DNA of 64,000 nucleotides from Escherichia coli (GTDB lineage Bacteria; Pseudomonadota; Gammaproteobacteria; Enterobacterales; Enterobacteriaceae): NCBI RefSeq assembly GCF_003334335.1, contig NZ_QOWQ01000015.1; one strand, 5' to 3'. Shown piece by piece: positions 9,138 to 20,100 of this stretch (position 1 is its first letter; each line of letters starts with the position of its first letter). The notes under the pieces were generated by a model. It saw only the letters and a program-made list of their open reading frames with translations, ran no database searches and was not told where the DNA came from. The position numbers and the translations under genes were made by a program.

Positions 9138-10036
9138 TTGCGCTCCTCGTCTTTCTCTTCGTGCAGATTATTCTCTTCCTCATCCGCACGGTTCGGACCG
9201 ACACCCACGTAGTGGAAGATACTGGCCGCAAAGGTAGCCGCAAAGCCAACAGCCGCGAGCGGTTTCCAGATGCCTTTCCAGAATTTCACGGTTTCGCTGA
9301 TTTCCGGGTTCTCCGGCAAGCCATGATACAGATTTGGCTTGTCAGCATGGTGCAGCACGTACATGACGTGTGTACCACCGACGCCTGCCGGATCGTACAG
9401 ACCCGCATTGTCGTAACCGCGGGTTTTCAGCTCAGCAACGCGCTCGCTCGCCAGCGTTTTCATCGACTCTTTCGTACCGAAGTGAATCGCGCCCGTTGGG
9501 CAGGTCTTCACGCAGGCTGGTTCTTGCCCAACCACCACGCGGTCAACGCACAGCGTACATTTGTAGACGCGGTTGTCTTCCGGGTTGAGGCGCGGAATGT
9601 CGAACGGACAGCCCGCAATGCAATAACCGCAGCCAATGCACTGCTCGGACTGGAAGTCGACGATACCGTTGGCATACTGAATAATTGCACCTTCCGCCGG
9701 GCACGCTTTCAGGCAGCCTGGATCGGAACAGTGCATACAGCCGTCTTTGCGGATCAGCCATTCCAGTTTGTCGTTCTGCTCCACTTCCGAGAAGCGCATT
9801 ACCGTCCACGATTTGGCGCTTAAATCATTGGGGTTGTCGTACACCCCAATGTTATTGCCGACGGTATCGCGAATGTCGTTCCACTCTGAACACGCCACCT
9901 GACAGGCTTTACAGCCGATACAGGTGGTAACGTCGATGAGTTTCGCCACTTCTTCCTGGAAGTCCCGCGCCTGAGGCGCGGGGGTCAGACCGTTAGTCGC
10001 GGAACGACGAATGATATCTTGAGATTGATAAGCCAT
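9134..10036 (-). CDS. fdoH: Formate dehydrogenase-O iron-sulfur (beta) subunit
   Basis: ORF track, 300 aa, four ferredoxin-type Cys clusters (CIGCKAC, CMHC, CIGCGYC, CTLC); overlaps fdoI start. Confidence 0.95.
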
Positions 10037-10048
10037 ATGTCGTCTCCG

Positions 10049-13000
10049 TTACACCTTTTCCACATTCACAAGGAAGGACTTAAACTCCGGCGTCTGCGTG
10101 TTCGCATCACCAACGAATGGCGTTAAAGTATTGGCAATAAAGCCTTTTTTAGCTACGCCTTCATAGCCCCAGTGAATCGGAATACCGATGGTATCGATAT
10201 CTTTGCCGTTCGCTTTCAGCGTGCGAATACGTTTGGTCACCACCGCTTTGGCTTTGATATAGCCACGGTTGGAGGAGACTTTCACGGTATCGCCCTGGGC
10301 AATGCCAAGTTTATTCGCCAGCGACTCCCCGATTTCCACAAACTGCTCTGGCTGCAAAATCGCGTTCAACAGCGCGTGTTTGGTCCAGTAGTGGAAGTGC
10401 TCGGTCAGACGATAGGTGGTTCCGACATACGGGAACTTATCGGCTTTACCCAATGCTTCGGCGTCGTCTTTAAAGATACGTGCAGCCGGGTTCGAGATAA
10501 CGTTTGGATGCAGCGGGTTAGTTCCCAGCGGCGTTTCAAACGGCTCGTAGTGTTCCGGGAACGGACCTTCCGCCATCTTATCGAGGGCAAACAGACGCCC
10601 CATGCCTTCCTGCTGCATGATAAACGGCCCGACGCCGCTACCCGGAGGCGCTGCGCTGTAGTCCGGAATATCCCAGCCGGTCCACTTAGTGCCGTCCCAT
10701 TTCAGCAACTGACGCTTCGGATCCCACGGGTTACCCTGCGGATCTGCGGAGGCGCGGTTATACAGAATGCGGCGGTTAAGCGGCCATGCCCATGCCCAGC
10801 CCAGCGTGTTACCGAGGCCAGACGGATCGGCGTTATCACGGCGTGCCATCTGGTTGCCTTCCGGCGTCCAGCTACCGGCGAAAATCCAGCAGCCACAGGA
10901 GGTTGTACCGTCATCGCGCAATTGGGCGAACGAACTAAGTTGTTGGCCTTTCTTGACGATAACCGCACCGGTTGCCGGATCGGTAATATCGGCCAGCGCC
11001 TTACCGTTGCTCTCCATCGCCACTTCTTCTGAAGATGGCTCATGCGGAATGGCGTAGTTCCATGTCATGTTCAGCACCTGGTCCGGGTTCGCGCCACCCT
11101 GTTCGGCATACATCTTGCGCAAGCGCAGGAAGATACCGGAGAGGATCTCGCCGTCAGTCAGCGCAATCCCCGGGGCGTCCGCACCTTTCCAGTGCCACTG
11201 TAACCAGCGACCTGAGTTAACGATAGAACCGTTCTCTTCCGCGAAGCAGGTCGATGGCAGACGGAACACTTCGGTCTGGATCTTCGACGAGTCAACTTCG
11301 TTCAGCTCACCGTGGTTCTGCCAGAAGTTAGAGGTTTCAGTGTTCAGTGGGTCGATGGTGACGAGGAACTTCAGTTTCGACAGACAACCGATCACTTTGT
11401 TTTTGTTCGGGAATGAGGCAACAGGGTTAAAGCCCTGGCAGATATAGCCATTGACCTTGCCCTCTTTCATCATCTCGAAGTATTGCAGGACGTCGTAGCC
11501 TTTATCCCACTTCGGCAACCAGTCAAAGCCCCAGCTATTTTCCGCCGTCGCTTTATCACCAAAGAAGGCCTTCATCATAGAGACGAAGAATTTCGGGTAG
11601 TTGCCCCAGTAGTTTACCTGGCCTTCCAGCAGCGGTTTTGGCGTGTTGGCGGTAAGGTAGGTTTGCAGATCGGTCTGCTTCTCGCTTGGCAGCGTCATGT
11701 AACCTGGCAGGCTCTGCGACAGCAGCCCCAGGTCCGTCAGCCCCTGAATATTGGAGTGACCGCGCAGGGCGTTAACGCCGCCGCCTGCCATCCCCATATT
11801 GCCGAGCAGCAGCTGGATCATCGCCATCGTACGAATGTTTTGCGCACCAACGGAGTGTTGCGTCCAGCCGAGGGCATACAGGAACGAGGCAGTTTTATCG
11901 TGAGCACTGGTTTCTGCGATGTATTCGCAGACTTTCAGGAACGCGTCTTTTGGCGTACCACAGATGTTTTCAACCACATCTGGCGTGTAGCGGGAAACGT
12001 GCTGTTTCAGCAAGTTCCACACGCAGCGCGGATGTTGCAGCGTGGTATCGCGTTTGGCGAAGCCGTTTTCGTCCAGTTCATAAGTCCAGGAGGATTTATC
12101 GTACTTGCGTTTTTCCGCGTCGTAGCCGGTGAACAGGCCATCTTCAAAGCCGTAATCCTCACGCACGATCAGGCTGGCGTTGGTATAGGCTTCGGTGTAT
12201 TCGCGGTTGAATTTTTCATTGTTCAGCAGGTACAGCAATACGCCTGACAGGAAAGCAATGTCAGTACCGGAACGAATAGGGGCATAGTAGTCAGCTACCG
12301 CCGCCGTACGCGTAAAGCGAGGATCGATCACAATCAGCTTCGCGCCGTTGTGAATTTTGGCTTCCATCGCCCAGCGGAACCCGACCGGGTGAGCTTCAGC
12401 GGCGTTACCGCCCATCACCACGACGAGGTTGGCGTTCTTGATGTCGACCCAGTGGTTGGTCATCGCACCGCGACCAAATGTTGGAGCAAGACTTGCTACC
12501 GTTGGTCCGTGTCAGACACGCGCCTGGTTGTCGACCGCGAGCATACCCAGCGCGCGGGAGAATTTTTGCGTTAAATAGCCGGTTTCGTTACTCGACGCGG
12601 AAGCACACAGCATCCCGGTGGAGAGCCAGCGGTTAACAGTCACGCCTTCGGCGTTTTGCGCAATGTAGTTAGCATCGCGGTCTTCTTTCATCAGTTTGGC
12701 GATGCGATCAAACGCCTCTTCCCAACTGATTTGCTGCCATTTATCAGAACCTGGCGCACGGTATTCCGGAAACTTCAGACGGCTTTCGGAGTGGATGAAA
12801 TCCACCAGGCCAGCGCCTTTCGGACAAAGTGCACCGCGGTTGACCGGGTGATCCGGATCGCCTTCGATATGGAAGATAGATGCTTTGGCGTTTTTTGCTC
12901 CGTCACCGAGGCTGTACATCAACAGCCCACAGCCTACGGAACAATAGGTGCAGGTATTACGGGTTTCGCGGGTGCGCAGCAGTTTATACTGCCGGGTTTC

Positions 13001-13099
13001 CGCGAGTGCTACGCTGGGTGCAAAACCCAGTGCCGCTGCCGTGGTGCCTGCCATACCGCCAGCGCAGATCTTAAAGAACTGCCTTCTGCTGACCTGCAT
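10049..13099 (-). CDS. fdoG: Formate dehydrogenase-O catalytic (alpha) subunit, selenocysteine-containing molybdoenzyme
   Basis: Two ORF-track pieces (12512..13099 and 10049..12463) are in the same frame and joined by TGA at 12512-12514 read as Sec; N-terminal twin-arginine signal RRQFFK; total 1016 codons. Confidence 0.95.
12465..12511 (-). promoter_or_regulatory. Putative SECIS element immediately 3' of the UGA in fdoG mRNA
   Basis: mRNA reads UGA-CACGGACCAACGGUAGCAAGUCUUGCUCCAAC, closely resembling the fdhF/fdnG SECIS stem-loop at primary-sequence level. Confidence 0.65.
12512..12514 (-). other. In-frame UGA decoded as selenocysteine (codon 196 of fdoG)
   Basis: Plus-strand TCA at 12512-12514; coding sequence continues in frame on both sides (…VDNQARV-U-HGPTVASLAPTFGRGAMTNHW…). 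Confidence 0.9.
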
Positions 13100-13292
13100 G
13101 GATTGCTCCTTGTTTCGACATTGTCACGTCCCATTTACATTCGCTTGCTGCGTGTGCAGGGAGTGGGAGTTATTTTTCTTTGCGGAAGGGGCCGCAAAGG
13201 TCCAGAATTGGCTCAATTTCCCTCCATCCAGGAAGGGTTTGTAACAGAATACCATAATGTTGGTGTGTGTGTTCTTATCTGGTTAAGAGAAA

Positions 13293-14126
13293 GTGAAAAA
13301 AACACAGCGAAAAGAAATCGAAAATGTGACAAATATCACAGGTGTTCGTCAAATTGAGTTATGGCGGCGTGATGATTTACAACACCCACGGTTAGATGAG
13401 GTCGCGGAAGAAGTTCCCGTTGCGCTGGTCTACAACGGCATTTCGCATGTGGTGATGATGGCGTCGCCCAAAGACCTTGAGTACTTTGCGCTCGGTTTTT
13501 CGCTTTCCGAGGGGATTATCGAAAGTCCGCGCGATATCTTCGGCATGGATGTCGTTCCTTCCTGTAATGGTCTTGAAGTACAAATTGAGCTTTCCAGCCG
13601 CCGCTTTATGGGGTTGAAGGAGCGCCGCCGGGCGCTGGCGGGACGTACGGGCTGTGGCGTATGCGGCGTGGAGCAACTTAATGACATCGGAAAACCGGTG
13701 CAGCCGCTACCGTTCACCCAGACGTTTGATCTCAACAAACTGGATGATGCATTACGTCATCTCAACGATTTTCAGCCAGTGGGGCAACTGACTGGTTGTA
13801 CTCACGCCGCTGCCTGGATGTTGCCATCTGGCGAACTGGTCGGCGGGCATGAAGACGTGGGTCGCCATGTGGCGCTGGACAAACTGTTAGGCCGCCGGTC
13901 ACAAGAAGGGGAAAGCTGGCAGCAAGGTGCGGTACTGGTTTCCAGTCGTGCCAGTTATGAAATGGTGCAAAAGTCGGCGATGTGCGGCGTAGAGATTTTG
14001 TTTGCGGTGTCTGCCGCGACCACGCTTGCTGTAGAAGTGGCTGAGCGCTGTAATCTGACACTGGTAGGTTTTTGTAAACCGGGTCGGGCAACGGTTTATA
14101 CCCATCCGCAGCGTTTGAGCAATTAA
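13293..14126 (+). CDS. fdhD: Formate dehydrogenase sulfurtransferase/accessory protein FdhD
   Basis: ORF track, 277 aa; divergent from fdoG across a 193-bp intergenic region. Confidence 0.95.
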
Positions 14127-14133
14127 TTAAAAT

Positions 14134-14166
14134 AAGTCCTGCGAAATATATTAAATTGCAGGACTT
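14134..14166 (+). terminator. Putative hairpin terminator after fdhD (aagtcctgc ... gcaggactt)
   Basis: 9-bp inverted repeat with large A+T loop, followed by A+T-rich sequence. Confidence 0.4.
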
Positions 14167-14278
14167 ATTCATTTCGTGAATTTTATTATTTTATTTATAA
14201 ACAAAATGCGTGTAGTGGCGTTTTCTTTTTTCATTTATTATGTTCACTCTCTTATCTATATATTTATAAGGCAATTAA

Positions 14279-15334
14279 ATGAAAAGGAATTTATTATCTT
14301 CCGCTATTATAGTCGCCATCATGTCCCTCGGTCTGACGGGTTGTGATGATAAAAAAGCCGAAACAGAAACGCTCCCGCCTGCCAATAGTCAACCTGCCGC
14401 ACCAGCTCCTGAAGCGAAACCTACTGAAGCTCCCGTTGCAAAAGCAGAAGCTAAACCTGAAACACCTGCGCAACCGGTGGTCGATGAACAAGCGGTTTTC
14501 GACGAAAAAATGGATGTCTATATCAAGTGCTACAACAAGTTACAGATCCCGGTACAGCGCAGTCTGGCGCGTTATGCTGACTGGCTGAAAGATTTTAAAC
14601 AGGGGCCTACCGGTGAAGAGCGTACTGTTTATGGCATCTACGGCATTAGTGAATCCAACCTCGCTGAGTGTGAAAAAGGCGTAAAAAGTGCTGTGGCGTT
14701 AACGCCTGCGCTGCAACCAATTGATGGCGTGGCGGTGAGTTATATCGATGCTGCCGTGGCGTTGGGTAATACCATTAACGAAATGGATAAATATTACACC
14801 CAGGAAAATTATAAAGACGATGCGTTTGCGAAAGGGAAAACGCTGCACCAGACATTCTTAAAAAATCTGGAAGCCTTTGAACCTGTAGCCGAATCTTATC
14901 ATGCGGCGATTCAGGAAATTAATGATAAGCGTCAGCTTGCGGAACTGAAAAATATTGAAGAAAGAGAAGGGAAAACATTCCACTACTACTCTCTGGCAGT
15001 CATGATTTCAGCGAAACAAATTAATAACCTGATATCGCAAGATAAGTTTGATGCAGAAGCGGCAATGAAGAAAGTGTCTGAACTGGAAACGCTAGTGGCG
15101 CAGGCCAAAGAAGCGGATAAAGGCGGCATGAATTTCTCGTTTATTAATTCGGCAGGCCAGTATCAACTCGAGGCTAAAAAATACGTTCGCCGCATCAGAG
15201 ATAAAGTCCCGTACTCTGACTGGGATAAAGAGCAACTTCAGGACGCAAACTCAAGCTGGATGGTCGAAGACTCTTTCCCGAGAGCATTACGCGAGTACAA
15301 CGAAATGGTTGATGACTATAATAGCCTGCGTTAA
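14279..15334 (+). CDS. yiiG: Uncharacterised lipoprotein (DUF3829-like), YiiG
   Basis: ORF track, 351 aa; signal peptide with lipobox LTGC; Pro/Ala-rich linker then helical domain. Confidence 0.88.
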   Translation: MKRNLLSSAIIVAIMSLGLTGCDDKKAETETLPPANSQPAAPAPEAKPTEAPVAKAEAKPETPAQPVVDEQAVFDEKMDVYIKCYNKLQIPVQRSLARYADWLKDFKQGPTGEERTVYGIYGISESNLAECEKGVKSAVALTPALQPIDGVAVSYIDAAVALGNTINEMDKYYTQENYKDDAFAKGKTLHQTFLKNLEAFEPVAESYHAAIQEINDKRQLAELKNIEEREGKTFHYYSLAVMISAKQINNLISQDKFDAEAAMKKVSELETLVAQAKEADKGGMNFSFINSAGQYQLEAKKYVRRIRDKVPYSDWDKEQLQDANSSWMVEDSFPRALREYNEMVDDYNSLR

Positions 15335-15355
15335 ACGTTTTTGATGATAAATGCA

Positions 15356-15380
15356 GTGTCGGATGCGGCGCATCCGACAC
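15356..15380. terminator. Perfect palindrome between convergent yiiG and frvR (bidirectional terminator candidate)
   Basis: gtgtcggatgcg gcgcatccgacac; 12-bp arms. Confidence 0.55.
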
Positions 15381-15383
15381 AGT

Positions 15384-17132
15384 TCACCCCTTGTGAAGTA
15401 ACTCCATAAATGCCTCATATCCTGTTAACCCGGCAATAATCTCCGCCGGATGCTGACACAATATGCTTGCCAGATAGCTAAATATTTTTAGCTCATGACG
15501 CGCATCGGCGGCGGCGCAGGCGATCAAGACATGGTTAATGACTTCGTTATTCACCTCAACTGGTTGGGCGAGGGTAATAAAAAATCCACGAAAACGTCGC
15601 TCCTGTTCGCTCCAGCAATGTGGGATGGCGAGGCGATTAACAATCAGGTTTTCACCTTCGCCTTCGCGGGCGATGATGCGTTGTGCTTCATCGGCGGTAA
15701 TATGGTGTTGTGCGACTAATTGCGCACAAATTTGCCGGGTAATATGTTGCCAGCTTTCACCGCGTACATTCGAATAATGAAAACTTCCGGGGGCAGAGAA
15801 AAAACGCTCCGGCTGTTGGCGAATAAATGCCGTCGCCAGAAAATGTTTTATTTGTTCGATACCGGCAGCCGTAATGATATTTTTTACGGTGATGTAATTA
15901 TTTACCGCGTCATCCAGTAAATAATGGCTGTTGTTAATGATCAATAACGGCTCAATCTCTTCGCGAATGGCAACAAGTTCGCTTAAGCTACGGGCAATAA
16001 TTACCCGACAATTTAAAACATCGCGCTCAATGGCGAGCTGATTAATAGTGGCAATCGCGTTCTGGTCCGAGAGCAAAATGATCGGCTGGCGTTCGTTTTG
16101 ATGCCGCTCCAGCGCACAGGCAAAATACAAACCGATCAGATCGCTGTCGAAAAGGGGAATATCGAGCTGTTCACGCAGTAGCGTAATAAAGTGCAGACTC
16201 ATATCAAAGGCCGCAGGCCAGGCGGCTTTCAGGTTATTCATGCTGCTCTGGCGGTGCTCAGCAATCCACACTGGTGCGGCAAGGCAACGTAATAAATGCC
16301 CGGTAATATTCTCAACCAGCTGCGCATCAATAATATTCAATGACGCGATGCCCGGCACCCTTTGCAGCAACCCCTGCACATTATCGGCTGAAATTACCTG
16401 CGCTTGCTGATGCTGTTTCTCTATCAAACCCGTCAGGGTTCTTACAGCGTTATCACCAAGAAACAGACCGCTATGTTCAACGATTTGTTTTATCTCGTCA
16501 CCGGGATATTGCGGCCACTCATCGGTCAGTTGATTACGCAGGGCGTAAATCGCCAGAATCAGGCTGGAGAGATAATCACCCTGCATGAGCGGCCAGCGGT
16601 GTTGGTTGTCGCAGGCCGTGGATAAATGCTGAAGGTTGTCTCGTGTTATGCCCGCCAGCGGAATTAAAAACGGATCTTTGCGCAGCAAGTTCGCCAGCAA
16701 GATAACGCGTTTCTCTTCTGTCTCATCAATGAAATGGCCCAAACCAGGGCGGCTGGCCAGGCAACAAGTGCGTTCATAACGCTGTTTTAACCGGGGCAGA
16801 CGCTCTGCTACCCACGTTTCTGGCAAATTAAGCGCCGAGGCGAGTTGCGCACGGGGAGTGAAAGTATTCAGTAATAACAGCGCCAGCAGCCGATCGTCGT
16901 TATCGTGCTTTTGCAGCAACTGAAAAAAGCTGCGGCGCTCGAAGATTTCCAGCTGATAGCCCGCACTGCCACTGGCGAAAATGCGGGCTTTGCCGTTAAG
17001 GGTGAAGTTGAGATAGTCAATATCACGCAGGATGGTCCTGCCTGAAACGCCAGTCTGTTGCGCCAGCTCGCCAGGCGTGCGCGGCTGTTGCTCCAGCAGA
17101 TCGACAATCTTTAACTGGCGTTCGTTTAGCAT
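15384..17132 (-). CDS. frvR: Putative frv operon regulator: N-terminal HTH plus PRD/PTS-regulatory-like domains
   Basis: ORF track, 582 aa, MLNERQLKIVDLLEQQPRTPGELAQQTGVSGRTILRDIDYL…. Confidence 0.88.
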   Translation of the reverse strand: MLNERQLKIVDLLEQQPRTPGELAQQTGVSGRTILRDIDYLNFTLNGKARIFASGSAGYQLEIFERRSFFQLLQKHDNDDRLLALLLLNTFTPRAQLASALNLPETWVAERLPRLKQRYERTCCLASRPGLGHFIDETEEKRVILLANLLRKDPFLIPLAGITRDNLQHLSTACDNQHRWPLMQGDYLSSLILAIYALRNQLTDEWPQYPGDEIKQIVEHSGLFLGDNAVRTLTGLIEKQHQQAQVISADNVQGLLQRVPGIASLNIIDAQLVENITGHLLRCLAAPVWIAEHRQSSMNNLKAAWPAAFDMSLHFITLLREQLDIPLFDSDLIGLYFACALERHQNERQPIILLSDQNAIATINQLAIERDVLNCRVIIARSLSELVAIREEIEPLLIINNSHYLLDDAVNNYITVKNIITAAGIEQIKHFLATAFIRQQPERFFSAPGSFHYSNVRGESWQHITRQICAQLVAQHHITADEAQRIIAREGEGENLIVNRLAIPHCWSEQERRFRGFFITLAQPVEVNNEVINHVLIACAAADARHELKIFSYLASILCQHPAEIIAGLTGYEAFMELLHKG

Positions 17133-18202
17133 TAATCCACCTGACGGAACTGGCTAAACGCGTTGACTTTCTCCGCAGTTAAGGTCGTCAGAAAACCCCG
17201 TATCAGCGTGAGCAGAGCTTCGTAATCGGCTTTTGAAATCATACCGCTGTTGGCGTGCAGATAACGAGTTGGCAGACACAGCGCGACAACCGGACGCCCG
17301 CCGCCCATCACGTTGTAGCGCCCGCCATCCGTCGCACCGGTTTTCATGGTGGAAAATTGCAGCGGTAAATCGTTATGTGCGGCACAGCTTTTTAACGCTG
17401 CTACCAGTTTCTGGTTGGGGAAGTAGCGCTTGTCAAACAGCATCAGCCCCGGCCCCTGGCCCAGTTTCAGCGGGTATTTAATGTTATCAATGCCCGGAAC
17501 ATCGCCCGCTACGGCGGTATCCAACACGATCACGACGTCCGGTTTAATGTGTTCCGCCGAGGTTTGCGCCCCGCGTAGCCCAACTTCTTCTTCCACACTG
17601 CCAACGCCATACAGCGTAATTTCGGGATTATTCACCGTCTGCAATAGTTCAGCCATCATTGCGCAGCCGATGCGGTTATCCAACGCCTTGCCGACCACTT
17701 TATCTTCGCCCCAGCAAGCAAAATTGGCTTCCGGGCTAATAAAATTACCAATTTCCACGCCGCGCTTTTCCACCTCTTCGCGACTGTTCGCGCCAATATC
17801 AATGAACATCTCATCAAATGACAGCGGTTGTTGCTTTTGCTTTTCCGTTAACGCATGAGGCGCGACGGAACCAATCACACCAGGGATTTTCACTCCCTTG
17901 TGTGTGCGTATGGTTACCCGGTGGTTGAGCATCGACTGATTCCACCAGCCGCCAATGGTGGTAAAACGCAGAAAACCGCTCTCGTCGATGTGGGTGACCA
18001 TAAAGCCGACTTCATCCATATGTCCGACAACGGCAACTTTTGGACCTTTATTCCCCTTACGGGCAACAAAGCTGCCCAGACCATCGAAGGTGATTTCATT
18101 CACGCAAGGTTCCAGCGTGTTTATCAGAATGTCGCGAACTTCCTGTTCATCGCCGCTGACGGCGCTGGCTTCGCACAACTGTTGCAGTAACTCAATGTTC
18201 AT
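17132..18202 (-). CDS. frvX: M42-family metallopeptidase (putative aminopeptidase/endoglucanase-like) FrvX
   Basis: ORF track 17132..18208; start placed at MNIELLQQ… (356 aa); start choice between 18208 and 18202 is uncertain. Confidence 0.88.
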   Translation of the reverse strand: MNIELLQQLCEASAVSGDEQEVRDILINTLEPCVNEITFDGLGSFVARKGNKGPKVAVVGHMDEVGFMVTHIDESGFLRFTTIGGWWNQSMLNHRVTIRTHKGVKIPGVIGSVAPHALTEKQKQQPLSFDEMFIDIGANSREEVEKRGVEIGNFISPEANFACWGEDKVVGKALDNRIGCAMMAELLQTVNNPEITLYGVGSVEEEVGLRGAQTSAEHIKPDVVIVLDTAVAGDVPGIDNIKYPLKLGQGPGLMLFDKRYFPNQKLVAALKSCAAHNDLPLQFSTMKTGATDGGRYNVMGGGRPVVALCLPTRYLHANSGMISKADYEALLTLIRGFLTTLTAEKVNAFSQFRQVD

Positions 18203-19643
18203 GGACAAGCTCCTGTTGCGCGGCTTTCGCTTTGCGGCGTAACCACAATCCTTTCAGGACGATAATGAATGAAATGTTCAGCGCGAGGCCAATCGCCAGC
18301 ACCAGATAAAACGAACCCACCGGCGACATCAGGCCGATCAGCGGGTCAAAGATACCCAAACCAGGTGCCAGACGTTTGATTCCGAAAGCGATCACCAGCA
18401 CGCCGGTAATGCCGCCCGCCAGCGTATTGGCGGTAATCATCGGCAACGGAGCTGCCAGAGCGTAAGGAATAGCCGGTTCGGTTGCGACTGTGGCACCGAC
18501 CACAATGGCACTACTGGCAGCCTCTTTTTCCTGTCGGGTAAACAGTTTGGGCGCAATGAACGTCGCAAGACCCGCCGCGACGGGCGGCATCAGCGCGACA
18601 ACGCCGACGATGGCGTACCAGTCATAAATGTGTTTTTCCAGCAGTGAGAAGCAGAAGAACCAGGCGGTTTTATTGATGGGGCCGCCCATATCGAACGCCA
18701 GCATCGCACCGACCAGAAACGCTGCCGCAAACTTCATTGATGGAGGAATGGTATTCAGGAAGTGGAGCAGCCCGCCCATGAGGTCGGACATCACCGGCCC
18801 GATAACGTAGTAAGTGAGCACGCCGAAAACCAGCAGAGTAACGAACGGGATCAGCATTGAACCGAGCAGCGGTTGTAATGCTTTGCCAAGGCGCACTTTG
18901 CGGAACCAGAAGACGAAATAGCCAATCGCCAGCCCCAGCACCACCGCGCCGAGGAATCCCGCACCCGACTGGGTGCCGAGCAGCGCTTTGTCGTTCGCCA
19001 GATAGCAAACCAGAAACGCCGGAGCGAAAGCCGGTTTATCGGCAATCGACGAGGCAATATAAGCGCCCATGATGGGGATCATAAAGGTGAAGCCAAGGTA
19101 ACCGATGGATTCAACTACCCAGGTAAACGACGGCGCGCCTTTCGACATATCGGTATACGGCAAACCGAACTGCACCAGCATGTTGGCAAGCGCCACCAGG
19201 ATACCACCGCCGATGACAAACGGCAGCGCCGCAGAGACGCCCGCCATCAGGTGGCTCATCACGCTACCGCTTTGCACTTCCTGTTTGCCAAGCTTCACGC
19301 CGCTATCTGCGGCAAAAAGCTGCGAGTTTGTCGGTAATTCGCTGAAAATCTGGTCGATATTTTTCAACGCCTGGGAGATGGCAATCTCATAAACTTTCTT
19401 CCCGGCAAACCGCGCGCGATCATCACCGCTCAGGCCACGCCCGGTAGCGAGAATGACGTAATCGGCAGCGGCAATCTCTTCGCTGGATAAGCGGTTTTCA
19501 ACGCCACTGGACCCTTGAGTTTCCACTTTTATGGTATGACCGAGAGAACGGGCTTTCTGTTCCAGGGCTTCCGCCACCATGTAGGTGTGAGCGATCCCGG
19601 CGGGGCAGTTGGTGATCGCGACAATACGTAAGGATGACTCCAT
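18192..19643 (-). CDS. frvB: PTS fructose-like permease EIIBC component
   Basis: ORF track 18192..19649; N-terminal EIIB domain (CPAGIAHT) then polytopic EIIC; start choice 19649/19643 uncertain. Confidence 0.88.
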   Translation of the reverse strand: MESSLRIVAITNCPAGIAHTYMVAEALEQKARSLGHTIKVETQGSSGVENRLSSEEIAAADYVILATGRGLSGDDRARFAGKKVYEIAISQALKNIDQIFSELPTNSQLFAADSGVKLGKQEVQSGSVMSHLMAGVSAALPFVIGGGILVALANMLVQFGLPYTDMSKGAPSFTWVVESIGYLGFTFMIPIMGAYIASSIADKPAFAPAFLVCYLANDKALLGTQSGAGFLGAVVLGLAIGYFVFWFRKVRLGKALQPLLGSMLIPFVTLLVFGVLTYYVIGPVMSDLMGGLLHFLNTIPPSMKFAAAFLVGAMLAFDMGGPINKTAWFFCFSLLEKHIYDWYAIVGVVALMPPVAAGLATFIAPKLFTRQEKEAASSAIVVGATVATEPAIPYALAAPLPMITANTLAGGITGVLVIAFGIKRLAPGLGIFDPLIGLMSPVGSFYLVLAIGLALNISFIIVLKGLWLRRKAKAAQQELVHEH

Positions 19644-19653
19644 CGCCACTTCC

Positions 19654-20100
19654 TTATGAGCTGAGGGTTTGATTTAACAAGGCAAGCACCTGGTCGGTAT
19701 CGCCCTGTTGCAGTTGATGAATAAATTCCTTGTGAATAATTTTGCGACACAGTGTGCCGATGATTTTGACCTGATCCTCTTCGCCGCTTTGCGGCACGCC
19801 GAGGCAGATCCAGCAATTGACGTCTTCGCCATCGCTGGCTTTCCAGTCAATAGCCTGCGCTTTGCGGGCGAATAATACGAACGGTTGTTTAACGCAGGCG
19901 CTTTTACCGTGCGGCACGGCGACACCGGAACCAAATCCAGTAGAGTGCATTTTTTCGCGCAGCAGCAGGGTTTGCAGGAACTGGTGTGAGTCGGTGATAA
20001 AACCGTTTTGTAACGCTATTGTCGCCAACTGCTTCAGAACGGAATAAGCGCCATTGCCCTGAATATTCAGGTCAATACAGCTTGCAGTAAGAGCTGCCAT
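19654..20100 (-). CDS. frvA: PTS fructose-like EIIA component
   Basis: ORF track, 148 aa; EIIA(Fru/Mtl)-type with phosphorylatable His (AVPHG). Confidence 0.9.
   Translation of the reverse strand: MAALTASCIDLNIQGNGAYSVLKQLATIALQNGFITDSHQFLQTLLLREKMHSTGFGSGVAVPHGKSACVKQPFVLFARKAQAIDWKASDGEDVNCWICLGVPQSGEEDQVKIIGTLCRKIIHKEFIHQLQQGDTDQVLALLNQTLSS

Noticed and set aside
10172-12247. Long plus-strand ORFs (286 aa and 254 aa) antisense to fdoG
   Set aside because: They lie wholly inside a conserved, high-G+C coding region on the opposite strand; their products are Arg/Gly-rich with no start context or domain resemblance. Typical antisense-frame artefacts.
12464-12512. Apparent disruption of fdoG into two ORFs (possible pseudogene or frameshift)
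   Set aside because: Both pieces are in the same frame, separated only by a TGA with a SECIS-like sequence downstream. This is selenocysteine recoding, not gene decay.
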